Source of the DNA: Candidatus Parcubacteria bacterium
Lineage (GTDB): Bacteria > Patescibacteriota > Minisyncoccia > UBA6257 > HR35
Direction: 5' to 3'
DNA: 64,000 nucleotides
Assembly: GCA_026004535.1 (NCBI GenBank)
Contig: BPJI01000001.1
Coordinates: 79,915 to 143,914 of the forward strand
A model generated the notes under the pieces. It was not told the origin of the DNA and made no database searches. It worked only from the letters and a program-made list of their open reading frames with translations. This document shows, one piece after another, positions 47,469-55,973 of this stretch; the first letter of the stretch is position 1; each line of letters opens with the position of its first letter. Both the position numbers and the translations under genes were made by a program.

Positions 47469-49903
47469 ACAACCTGAAACTTAAAATCTTTATCAAAGTC
47501 AATCAAAATTTTATTACCTCGACTCAATTTATTAGCTAAAATTAAATTAGCAATCTCTGATCTAATAATTTCATTGATTTTCCGACCCAAAGGCCGCGCA
47601 CCAAAAATCGGATCAGTACCCAAACGAACAATTTCTTCTAAAGCTCTTTCAGTAATATCTAAATCAATACCTTGTTTTAACAAAAGCTCTGCTTTAAAAT
47701 CATCAATTAAAATTTTGCCAATTTTTAAAAGTTCCTCGTGGCCTAATGGCTTATAGACAATAATACCATCAAAACGGTTCAAAAGCTCAACCGAAAAAAT
47801 TGCTGAGAGCTTACTTTTAAGCTCGTCTTTAATTTTATCAAAATCTTCTCCTTTTTCAATACTTTCTTTAATATATTCTGAATAAGCATTAGAGGTACAA
47901 ATAATTAAACTATTTTGAAAATCTGTTTCTCTACCTAAAGCGTCTTTAATTATGCCTTCATCAAAAATTGGTAAAAATATTTTTAAAATTGTCGGATGGG
48001 TTTTTTCAAATTCATCTAGTAAAATTAAAGAAAATGGGTTTTGTCTTATGGGTTCAGTTAATCTACCCAAAATTGATCCATCTTTGGTACCAATTAATTT
48101 ATCAATATCTTCTGGATTTTGAAACTCAACCATATCTAAACGAATCATATTTTTTTCTGAACCATAATAAATTTTAGCCAAAGCTTTGGCTGTTTCTGTT
48201 TTACCAACGCCAGTTGGACCAACAAACAAAAAAACACCGATTGGTCCTTTTTTCTTTACTAAACCAGCTCGATAAATTTTTAAAACTCTAGCTATTTCTT
48301 TAATTGCTTTATCTTGATTAACAATTCTTTGATGCAGTAAATCCTCCAAATTAAGTAATTTCTCTTTTTCAACCTCAGTAACTTCGCCAACAGGAATTTT
48401 TGTTTTTTCAGCAACTATCTCCTGAATAATTTCTCGATTGATAAATTTATTTTTATTTTTCTTTGCTAAACCAATTGCTTCAACTAGAACTTCCTCAGCT
48501 GATTTTGGTAAAGGCAAAGTGCGAATAAATTTTTTTGCCAAAGTAACAGCTACGGATATAGCTTGAGGCGAAAAAATGATTTTTTCTTGTTTCTCCCAAA
48601 TTAAACTTTTTAAAGTTAATAAATAAACCGCTTCTTCTTCAGAAAGTTCTCTAATCTCAATTTTCTCAAAAAATTGATCTAAATTATAGCGAGCCAGAAC
48701 TTTTTCATAACCAACCGGGGTTATGGTAGCAATTATTGGTATTGATTTAGAAATCAAAATTTCATTTAAAGCCTGCATAATATCTATTTCTTTCTCTAGG
48801 AGAATGTTTTCCAAATAAGGCAAATATAAAATTATATAACCTGAAGTTAAAACATCTTCTAAAATTTTTGTAAGTAATGGTAAAAATTTTTCTTTGTTTT
48901 GAGCATAAACCAAGCCTAAATCCAATTTAACTAAACGAAAATCTAAAAGCTCTTTAGGAACTAAATCATTTTGAATCAACCAAGCTAAGTGCATAATAAT
49001 TGTTTCTTTGCCTGTCCCTTCTTCGCCGATAAGTAAAATATTATCTTTTTGTCTTAAATTACTAATTATTCTTTCTAATTCTTCTTTGTGACCAATTAAA
49101 AAACCTGCCTCTTCTTTATTAGCTAAATAAGTTAAATCAATTGAATAAGTATCTAAAATATTGGTTGCTTGACTTGTTAAAGCTCGATTAATTAATGCTT
49201 TTTTGGCAAATTTGGCTTGGAAAAGGGAAAGATGTTGAACCGAGGGGGATCTCCTTAGTCTTATTTTTTTTGAATAAACCTCCATCAAAATGCCGCTTAA
49301 AAAATATTCTTTCTTTAAATCAAATTTTTCGAAAAGTTCATTTAGCTCTGGCAAAGCACTAATTCTTAAACCATAAAGAAGGAACAAAAAATTAATAAAA
49401 GGATAATTTAAAGATTTAGCTAAATTAAAAGCTGAAATCAAAATTGGTAAAATTTCTTGATTCCTTTCTTTGATTGATTCAAGTTTTAAAATAAAATCTT
49501 TTAAGTTTAGATTAAAACGAAAAAACAAATTTTGATTTTTTTTATTTTTTAATAATTCTTTTAATAAAAAAACTTGGATATTTTCAATTTTTAAAATTTC
49601 GGCTTTGGTTAATGCTTCGATTAAAAAATTTTTTATTGACTTGCTTAAATAATCATCCAAATTAATTTTTGTTTTTTTTATTTCTCTGATATCTTCTTTA
49701 GCTGATTCCTTTCTTAAAAATTGAGTTAAAAATATTAAAAGCAAAAAAGTAGCTAAATATTTTAGATTTTTAATTGGAATAAAAAACAAAGCATAAAGAG
49801 AAAAAATAAAAATAACCAAAACTATACCTTCTCTAAAAATTCTAATTGTTTTCCTTAAATAAGGATTTAAAGCCAAATAACTATTTTGCCAATAAAATTC
49901 CAT
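47465..49903 (-). CDS. ClpB/ClpC-family double AAA+ ATPase in which the usual N-domain is replaced by two TM helices; D1 Walker A is degenerate
   Basis: N-terminus has VLVIFIFSLYALFFIPI and LATFLLLIFLTQFL. D1 reads GEEGTGKE (not GKT). D2 is intact: FLFVGPTGVGKTETAKALA, LILLDEFEKTHP, sensor and GARPL motifs. Confidence 0.65.
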   Translation of the reverse strand: MEFYWQNSYLALNPYLRKTIRIFREGIVLVIFIFSLYALFFIPIKNLKYLATFLLLIFLTQFLRKESAKEDIREIKKTKINLDDYLSKSIKNFLIEALTKAEILKIENIQVFLLKELLKNKKNQNLFFRFNLNLKDFILKLESIKERNQEILPILISAFNLAKSLNYPFINFLFLLYGLRISALPELNELFEKFDLKKEYFLSGILMEVYSKKIRLRRSPSVQHLSLFQAKFAKKALINRALTSQATNILDTYSIDLTYLANKEEAGFLIGHKEELERIISNLRQKDNILLIGEEGTGKETIIMHLAWLIQNDLVPKELLDFRLVKLDLGLVYAQNKEKFLPLLTKILEDVLTSGYIILYLPYLENILLEKEIDIMQALNEILISKSIPIIATITPVGYEKVLARYNLDQFFEKIEIRELSEEEAVYLLTLKSLIWEKQEKIIFSPQAISVAVTLAKKFIRTLPLPKSAEEVLVEAIGLAKKNKNKFINREIIQEIVAEKTKIPVGEVTEVEKEKLLNLEDLLHQRIVNQDKAIKEIARVLKIYRAGLVKKKGPIGVFLFVGPTGVGKTETAKALAKIYYGSEKNMIRLDMVEFQNPEDIDKLIGTKDGSILGRLTEPIRQNPFSLILLDEFEKTHPTILKIFLPIFDEGIIKDALGRETDFQNSLIICTSNAYSEYIKESIEKGEDFDKIKDELKSKLSAIFSVELLNRFDGIIVYKPLGHEELLKIGKILIDDFKAELLLKQGIDLDITERALEEIVRLGTDPIFGARPLGRKINEIIRSEIANLILANKLSRGNKILIDFDKDFKFQVV

Positions 49904-50219
49904 AACCTAAAAGAAATATCGGTAAAAAGACCCAAAAAATAACGAAAAATAAATAAAGAAGGAAAATAAAAAAATAAATCACTAAACCAAAAAATATTCT
50001 TAAAACTCGATAAGGGAAGGCTATTAAATACCCAATAATTGTATGATCACCATAAAGTGGTTTAGTTAAATTTCTTAAATTTGCTTTGACTTTTAAATTT
50101 TTATCAATAAGATAAACCTGGTCAAAGAAATGCCTGATGGTTCTTTGAGGAAAATGATGAAACCAAAAATCTAAAAACTCTATTAAATCATCTAAAATTA
50201 ATGCCCGGAGAATGTTCAT
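49881..50219 (-). CDS. Small membrane protein co-transcribed upstream of the ClpB-like gene
   Basis: Two TM helices (GLVIYFFIFLLYLFFVIFWVFLPIFLLGYGILL). Overlaps the ClpB-like start. Confidence 0.35.
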   Translation of the reverse strand: MNILRALILDDLIEFLDFWFHHFPQRTIRHFFDQVYLIDKNLKVKANLRNLTKPLYGDHTIIGYLIAFPYRVLRIFFGLVIYFFIFLLYLFFVIFWVFLPIFLLGYGILLAK

Positions 50220-51466
50220 TAAAACAATCTTTTTTCTTTTTCTTCGACACTTTCTAATTTAATTATAACTTTACCATATTCACCATCATAACCTGGTTCT
50301 AAAACAATATCTTCACGATCGATTTTTTCTAAAGCTTGAAAAACTAATGGCTCTTGAATTTTCATACTTTCTTTATCATAGTTACCTGTTAAAATTTCCA
50401 ATTCTGGTCCAAAATTTTTAATTAATTCTAAATATTTTATAAAAACTTTTTTTGCTGTTGGTTGAGTATTATAAATTTGAGCCAAAATTTCTAATAAAGG
50501 TGGCGTCCTTTTAAAATTTGGTCTTTGGGTATCATAAAAATCCACTGGTCTTTTAGCTAATTCTTCAACCCTTGACATTACCCCAATAGTTACTTTTTTA
50601 CCACAAACAGGACAAAGATAATTATTTCTCTTTGCTTCCTCTGGAGAAAACCTGATTTTACAAAATCGATGACCATCATAATGATATTTACCTTCCTCTG
50701 GAAAGAATTCGACTGTCAGTAAAATTTTATTTTTATCATCAGGACTCGCCATTGCTTGATAAATATTTTGATAAGATAAATTTTCAACCTCAAATAAGGT
50801 TGCTTCTCTACCTAAACGATGAGTTTGGGGTGAATGAGAATCAGAAAAAGAAACAATAGAAATATTATCAAGTTCAGGAATGCGCCAGTTCATGTTAGGA
50901 TCGCTCGAGAGTCCGGTTTCAACAGCAGTTACATACCTAACATAATCATCAAAAGCATCGTAAATTGAATCAAAACCAGACATTGAACCATATAAAGAAA
51001 ACCATGGAGTCCAAATATGAGCGGGAATGAAAATTGCTTTTTCGTAAATATCAAAGAGAATTTTCATAAAATCAATTACATCTAAACCTAAAATTGGCCT
51101 GCCATCAGAAGCTAAATTACTATAGAGAGAAAGTTTTTTATTTAATTTTTCAACCAAATCAAAACGGGGTAGAATCGCTAAATAATGAATTCTTTTGACT
51201 TTTCCTTGCCGAGAAAAAATTGAACTTATTTCTCCTCCTAAAAGAAAAAAAGTTTCATCATCATTTTTTAATTTATAAACACCATCGCCTGCTTCTTCAA
51301 GTTTTTGCGAAATCTCTTTAAACCACAGAGGGTGAGTAAAATCACCAGTAATTAAAAGTTTTAAGCCTTTAAGTTTGGCGTAGTAATTGAGATTTTCTAA
51401 ATTTAAATCTTTAGAGCAAGCACGAGAATATTTTGAATGTAAATGTAAATCAGCAAAAATTTTCAT
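50219..51466 (-). CDS. PHP-domain protein with internal Cys4 zinc ribbon (TIGR00375-like, EndoQ-like architecture)
   Basis: True start MKIFADLHLHSKYSR (PHP His motif). Later motifs GDFTHP and CPVCGKKVTIGVMSRVEEL. The ORF-track N-terminal extension translates through tRNA-Pro and is spurious. Confidence 0.55.
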   Translation of the reverse strand: MKIFADLHLHSKYSRACSKDLNLENLNYYAKLKGLKLLITGDFTHPLWFKEISQKLEEAGDGVYKLKNDDETFFLLGGEISSIFSRQGKVKRIHYLAILPRFDLVEKLNKKLSLYSNLASDGRPILGLDVIDFMKILFDIYEKAIFIPAHIWTPWFSLYGSMSGFDSIYDAFDDYVRYVTAVETGLSSDPNMNWRIPELDNISIVSFSDSHSPQTHRLGREATLFEVENLSYQNIYQAMASPDDKNKILLTVEFFPEEGKYHYDGHRFCKIRFSPEEAKRNNYLCPVCGKKVTIGVMSRVEELAKRPVDFYDTQRPNFKRTPPLLEILAQIYNTQPTAKKVFIKYLELIKNFGPELEILTGNYDKESMKIQEPLVFQALEKIDREDIVLEPGYDGEYGKVIIKLESVEEKEKRLF

Positions 51467-51470
51467 TTGG

Positions 51471-51544
51471 TCGGGATGGCGGGACTCGAACCCGCAGCCT
51501 CCAGCACCCCATGCTGGTGCGCTAACCAATTGCGCTACATCCCG
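51471..51544 (-). tRNA. tRNA-Pro(GGG), 74 nt
   Basis: Minus strand reads CGGGATG TA GCGC AATTGGTTA GCGC A CCAGC ATGGGGT GCTGG AGGCT GCGGG TTCGAGT CCCGC CATCCCG A. Anticodon GGG. Confidence 0.85.
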
Positions 51545-51756
51545 CATTGAAGTATCTATGGGGACTCGCCCCGAACCAGAGCCTTTGGCACGGTTTCCTG
51601 TACCAGAGTTATCTTCTAACACGATACAGGACCCCAAACCGTGCTCTGCACTGGTTTGGGGCGGGGCGCCCTGCACTGTGCTATGCTCTAGTGCATGGCG
51701 AACCCACAACCTCTGGCACCCCATGCCAGTGCGCTAACCAATTGCGCTATGCCCCG
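51545..51756 (-). other. tRNA-Pro-like 5' two-thirds (58 nt, intact acceptor 5' strand, D and anticodon arms, anticodon GGG) fused to a ~150-nt GC-rich structured element instead of a T arm and acceptor 3' strand
   Basis: Minus strand from 51756 reads CGGGGCA TA GCGC AATTGGTTA GCGC A CTGGC ATGGGGT GCCAG AGGTT GTGGG TTCG, then CCATGCACTAGAGCATAGCACAGTGCAGGGCGCCCCGCCCCAAACCAGTGCAGAGCACGGTTTGGGGTCC... with several mutually exclusive 9-10-bp stems. No matching T-arm or acceptor 3' strand was found. Confidence 0.5.
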
Positions 51757-51990
51757 TTAAAATTTGAATTGGGGTAAATTTTTTAAAATCTCAAGAGATT
51801 GCTTGAAAGAACTAAGATAGGGCTGAACTAATTGGTAACTATAATAAATAATCAAAACTATAACCAACCAATAAAGAATTCTAAAAAAGAAAGAAATTTT
51901 TCGAGCTCGGTTAATGCTTTTCAAAATTCTCAAAGATTCTTTGGAAACTTCCAAATTTTCTTTTAACAACTGCTTTATTTCCTCATCCAT
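51757..51990 (-). CDS. Small TM protein, unknown function
   Basis: 77 aa with a central TM helix (ISFFFRILYWLVIVLIIYYSYQL). Weak support. Confidence 0.3.
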   Translation of the reverse strand: MDEEIKQLLKENLEVSKESLRILKSINRARKISFFFRILYWLVIVLIIYYSYQLVQPYLSSFKQSLEILKNLPQFKF

Positions 51991-52740
51991 TTAAAAATTA
52001 TAACACAATTTAGCTTTCAGGTTTCAGGTTTTTAGCTTCTTAGCTTCAGAGCTTCAAATATTATTATCTTCTAAGGAAAATTTTAATGAGATACGATCTC
52101 GTTAAATTTCTCAATTTTTGAATTTCTTAAGAAATTGAGAAATTAAAATTGATGGGTTTTAAAATAGATTTTTGAGTCATCAAACGACAGTCTAAGATGC
52201 CATAGCGTTTTTTATATAGTCAAATCTTCTCATTTCTACTAACTTAGTGCGGTCGCATCAAGATAGTAGAAGTGGAAATATTCGGACGTACGACGTCCCG
52301 ATATTTATTTTAACACTTGGGTAAGATAATTGTGAAGTCGTTAATTTGTGAACTTGTGAATTTATTAATGAATGAATTTAGTTAATTTTGTATTTTAGCA
52401 AACCTAGGTAAGTTAAAATACGAAAATCTTTAATTTTATCTTTATTAAATGAATGAATTTAAGGTTATCTAATCTCCAAAGTCGTGTTTAGCACGCCATG
52501 GCGTTTTATAGAGGATTATCTAAAATTAGGTTTCGGGTTATTAGCTTCTTAGCTTCTTCATTTTTTAAATTCTACAATCCAAGGTGACGTTTAAAATGCT
52601 ATAGCGTTTTATAGGTAACCTTCTAAAATTAGCTTTTAGGTTTATAGTTTCGAATATTTTTAAAATTTTAAAGCTGAGAAGCTAAGAAGCTGAAAGCTAA
52701 GAAGCTGAAAGCTAAGAAGCTTTTGAATTATTTTGTAGCT
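51991..52740. repeat. Complex repeat region: 8-bp microsatellites (TTCTTAGC / TTTCAGC units), a vapC-like remnant, and three ~150-bp degenerate units sharing GCCATAGCGTTTTATAG. This is the 3' flank of duplicated module copy 2.
   Basis: gctttcaggtttcaggtttttagcttcttagcttcagagcttc at ~52020..52062; a remnant reading ...EIVSH* at ~52065..52100; gccatagcgtttt-type boxes at ~52190, 52492 and 52588; and gctaagaagctgaaa x3 at 52684..52735. Confidence 0.7.
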
Positions 52741-53930
52741 TCATATAAGAGCTTTAATTTCTTGGTCTGATAAGGCACGATTATAGATTCGGACTTCGTC
52801 GATAATACCCTTATAGAATATCCAACAGTTAGCAATTCTGGCTGCAATATACAAATCATTATCCGAAACTTCGTTATTGGTTTGTCCTGTTTGAGTATAG
52901 CTTAAGACCATCCTTATATAAAAACTTCGTACCAAGAGATTTTTTCCAATGTAAATGCCACTAGAATACCATTGGAATTTATATCAGGATATACGGAGGA
53001 TACGAAGAAATAAGGGTTGTACATTATTGGCGTTATTAAAGAATCTTCAAAGGCGTGATGATCCATATATGCCAACCTATATCCTAGACCTGTATTATAT
53101 GCTAGAATAGGATTCACTGTCTTACTTCTGTTGGGTATTCTATCCACACAAATGAAATCATTACTTCGCTACATTTATAGATGGGTTATATAGAATACTT
53201 TCACATAATCATCAACCCCATCAAAACTTAAAGCTTTGCCTACTTTACCATCAACACAGTTAGGCCATTATAAGTGTTCCATTATTTCCATATCCTGATA
53301 ATCTTTAGCTGTACAATCATCAAAACTCCAATAACCTACAAGTCCTTGAGCTTGATCAATTGAAGTCTTTTATTTGTTCCTGCTGCATAAAGATGAGGTA
53401 ATTATCATCCATCATTTTTGAGCTGTGAGACTGAGGATTGCTTCTAATTGAGCTAGTAAGTCATAACTTCCTCCAGCAACAAATGCATAGTAATATGGAG
53501 GTCTATTGATTGGATCAATGAAAAGTCTAGAAAGATTAATGCTTGAAAATTGATTAAAAGGAATAGGAATCCAGCCAGTACCATCAATATTTGTTGGAGT
53601 TGCTGAGCATCTATATGACCAGCCTGAAGGAAGCTGTGGTAATTGACTTATCCATTGACCACAAGTTGATGAAGTATCAGGAAGAGAGATATAGACAACA
53701 TTTGATGAAGCATATTGAAGTTCAGAAAAGGTGCCTTGAGTTTCAAAAAGAATAAGGTCAAATATTTTTTCAAGATTTTTAAGGTCTGAAGTTCTTTGAT
53801 TATCTCTACCTCTTTTAAAGATATCTGCTGGCTTAATGACAACAATTAAGACAGTAGCTAAGATAGCTATTAGAGCTAAGACAACTAAAAGTTCAACTAA
53901 AGTGAAGGATTTATTCATTTTTTTATTCAT
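52741..53930 (-). pseudogene. Type IV pilin-LamG fusion gene, copy 2, more heavily decayed
   Basis: 53412..53930 encodes the same prepilin N-terminus as 11877..12533 (identical over ~150 aa, then diverging). 52741..52935 encodes the LamG C-terminus (IIDEVRIYNRALSDQEIKALI). The middle is broken into 77-aa and 64-aa fragments with indels relative to copy 1. Confidence 0.6.
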
Positions 53931-53971
53931 AATTCTAACTTCTCATCTCTAATTTCCACCTCCAATTTTTG

Positions 53972-54297
53972 TGGAGGCGGTGGGACTCGAACCCACATCA
54001 GAAGAAAAAGGTGGAAAGAGGCTCTCCTGGCACAGTCAGTTTTCTAATTCCTCTTAAAGAAGATAAACTGACAAACTTCTCTAAGAGTAGGCTCAATAAT
54101 TTCACTTATAACCCTTGAGCCAAGAATTATAAGCTATCGAGGATACTTTAAGCCTCTAAGAATTCCCTCGAAAAATTCTTAGAAGCTGCCTTTACGAAAG
54201 AGCAAAGGCTGGAACTCTGTTGGCACTTATTGGCTGTAGGTTGCCAACCTGCCAGCTCCTCTTTCTCTTTTTCTTCTTCAACCTCCTTCTCGCCCCC
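53972..54297 (-). ncRNA. ssrA: tmRNA (SsrA), ~326 nt
   Basis: Minus-strand 5' GGGGGCG... pairs with 3' ...CGCCUCCA (one G.U) in a tRNA-like acceptor. T arm GUGGG UUCGAGU CCCAC. An internal reading frame GCC AAC AGA GUU CCA GCC UUU GCU CUU UCG UAA gives the tag ANRVPAFALS*. GC-rich. Confidence 0.8.
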
Positions 54298-54321
54298 GTT
54301 TAATAATATTATACCACAAAA

Positions 54322-55959
54322 TCAAATCAAACCAGTTACTCTTTCAACTTCTTCAATTGTTGTTATTTTTCTTAAAGCCTTAATTAAAGCATCTTGTTGA
54401 AGAGAGGCAAAATCATTTTTAATTATTTTATAAATTTCAGCTTCAGATGGCTTTTGATAAATTAATTCTTCTAATTCTTTAGTAATTCTTAAAAATTCAA
54501 AGACACCTATCATTCCTTTATAGCCAGTCTCAAAACATTGGGAGCAACCTTTGGCTTTGACTAAACTAAAATTTTCTAAATCAACATCATTTAAATTTAC
54601 TCTTGAAGGTAAGTTTTTTAATTTTTCTCTGATTTTACTTTTTAAATTCTCATCAGGTTGATATTCTTCAAAACAATAAGGACAAACTTTCCTGACTAAT
54701 CTTTGGGCAATAACTAATCTTAGGGCTGAAGGGATTAATTTGGGATCAACTTCTAAACTTATAAGTCTGGGTATTGCTCCTAAAGAATCATTGGTATGTA
54801 AGGTGGATAAAACCAAGTGCCCTGTTAGTGATGCTTGGATAGTTATTTGCGCTGTTTCTTTGTCTCTTATTTCGCCAACTAAAATAACATCTGGATCGTG
54901 TCTTAAAAATGCTCTTAAAGCAACAGCAAAAGTAAAACCTTTTTCTTCTTCAACTTGGCTTTGACTAATGCCTTCAATTTTATATTCAATTGGATCTTCA
55001 ATAGTTAAAATCTTTAATTCTGATTTTTTAATTCTCATTAAAATAGCATATAAAGTAGTTGTTTTACCAGAACCAGTTGGCCCTGTATTTAAAATTAAAC
55101 CATTGGGCAAATGAATTGTTTCTTCTAAGGTTTTTAAATCATCCTCCCTTAAGCCAAGTTCTTCTAATTTTTTAACAATTAGACTAAAAATTAAAAGTCT
55201 TAAAACAATGGCTTCATCTTCAACCGAAGGAATAACCGAGGTTCGGATATCAATATTTTGATCATCAAAAACGATTGAAAATCTACCATCTTGAGGCTTA
55301 TCAGTTATATTAATCATCAACCCAGATAAAATTTTAATCCTATTTTTAATTAAAGGATAAATATTTTTAGGGAAAGAGAAAATATCATACAAAATTCCAT
55401 CAAAACGATAACGAACAAAAATCTTATCCTCATAAGGCTCAAAATGAATATCAGAAGCATTAAATTTTATTGCTCCAGCTAATAAATAATCAAGAATTAA
55501 AAAAGGATCTTGGTTAACTATATTTTTAAGCATATTTTCAATGTCACTTCTCTTTTCAGCTTTTTCTTTAACTTCTAAAAAAACATTTTGATTAATTTCA
55601 AAAGTACCAACGTAAGTAACTTTTTTTTCCTTTAAAAATTTGTATTCTTCTAAGCCAATTTCTAAACTTTTAGGCGAAATTATGCCTATACTAATTTCTA
55701 TTCCTTGTTTCTTTAAAGACTCTTTAAGCTTTTCAAGCTCAGAATTATAAGGATCAATAACTCCCAAAGTTAAAATGTTTTTCTCTTTTTTAATTGGTAT
55801 AACTTTTATTTTTTCAGCCAAATTTTTAGGAACATATTTCAAGGCATCAACTTCAGGATGAACTAGTTGTAAATTAAAATAGGGAACATTTAAAGCTCTA
55901 GCTAATTCTTGAGCAATTCTTTCACTGTCTAACCTAAATTCCTCAAACTCTTTTTCCAT
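54322..55959 (-). CDS. pilB: Type IV pilus assembly ATPase PilB (GspE family)
   Basis: T2SSE N-domain, Walker A GPTGSGKTTTLYA, TIEDPIEY, His box and a CPYC...C..C tetracysteine motif. Confidence 0.8.
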   Translation of the reverse strand: MEKEFEEFRLDSERIAQELARALNVPYFNLQLVHPEVDALKYVPKNLAEKIKVIPIKKEKNILTLGVIDPYNSELEKLKESLKKQGIEISIGIISPKSLEIGLEEYKFLKEKKVTYVGTFEINQNVFLEVKEKAEKRSDIENMLKNIVNQDPFLILDYLLAGAIKFNASDIHFEPYEDKIFVRYRFDGILYDIFSFPKNIYPLIKNRIKILSGLMINITDKPQDGRFSIVFDDQNIDIRTSVIPSVEDEAIVLRLLIFSLIVKKLEELGLREDDLKTLEETIHLPNGLILNTGPTGSGKTTTLYAILMRIKKSELKILTIEDPIEYKIEGISQSQVEEEKGFTFAVALRAFLRHDPDVILVGEIRDKETAQITIQASLTGHLVLSTLHTNDSLGAIPRLISLEVDPKLIPSALRLVIAQRLVRKVCPYCFEEYQPDENLKSKIREKLKNLPSRVNLNDVDLENFSLVKAKGCSQCFETGYKGMIGVFEFLRITKELEELIYQKPSEAEIYKIIKNDFASLQQDALIKALRKITTIEEVERVTGLI

Positions 55960-55973
55960 TATAATTATTATAA

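Noticed and set aside
46458-48177. Plus-strand ORFs 46458..46694, 47574..47756 and 47968..48177
   Set aside because: Antisense within the LCP and ClpB-like genes.
51387-51777. ORFs 51387..51737 and 51547..51777 and the N-terminal 82 codons of 50219..51724
   Set aside because: They translate the tRNA-Pro genes and the GC-rich element, which read as Gly/Ala/Pro-rich peptides.
54740-54964. 74-aa plus-strand ORF
   Set aside because: Antisense within pilB.
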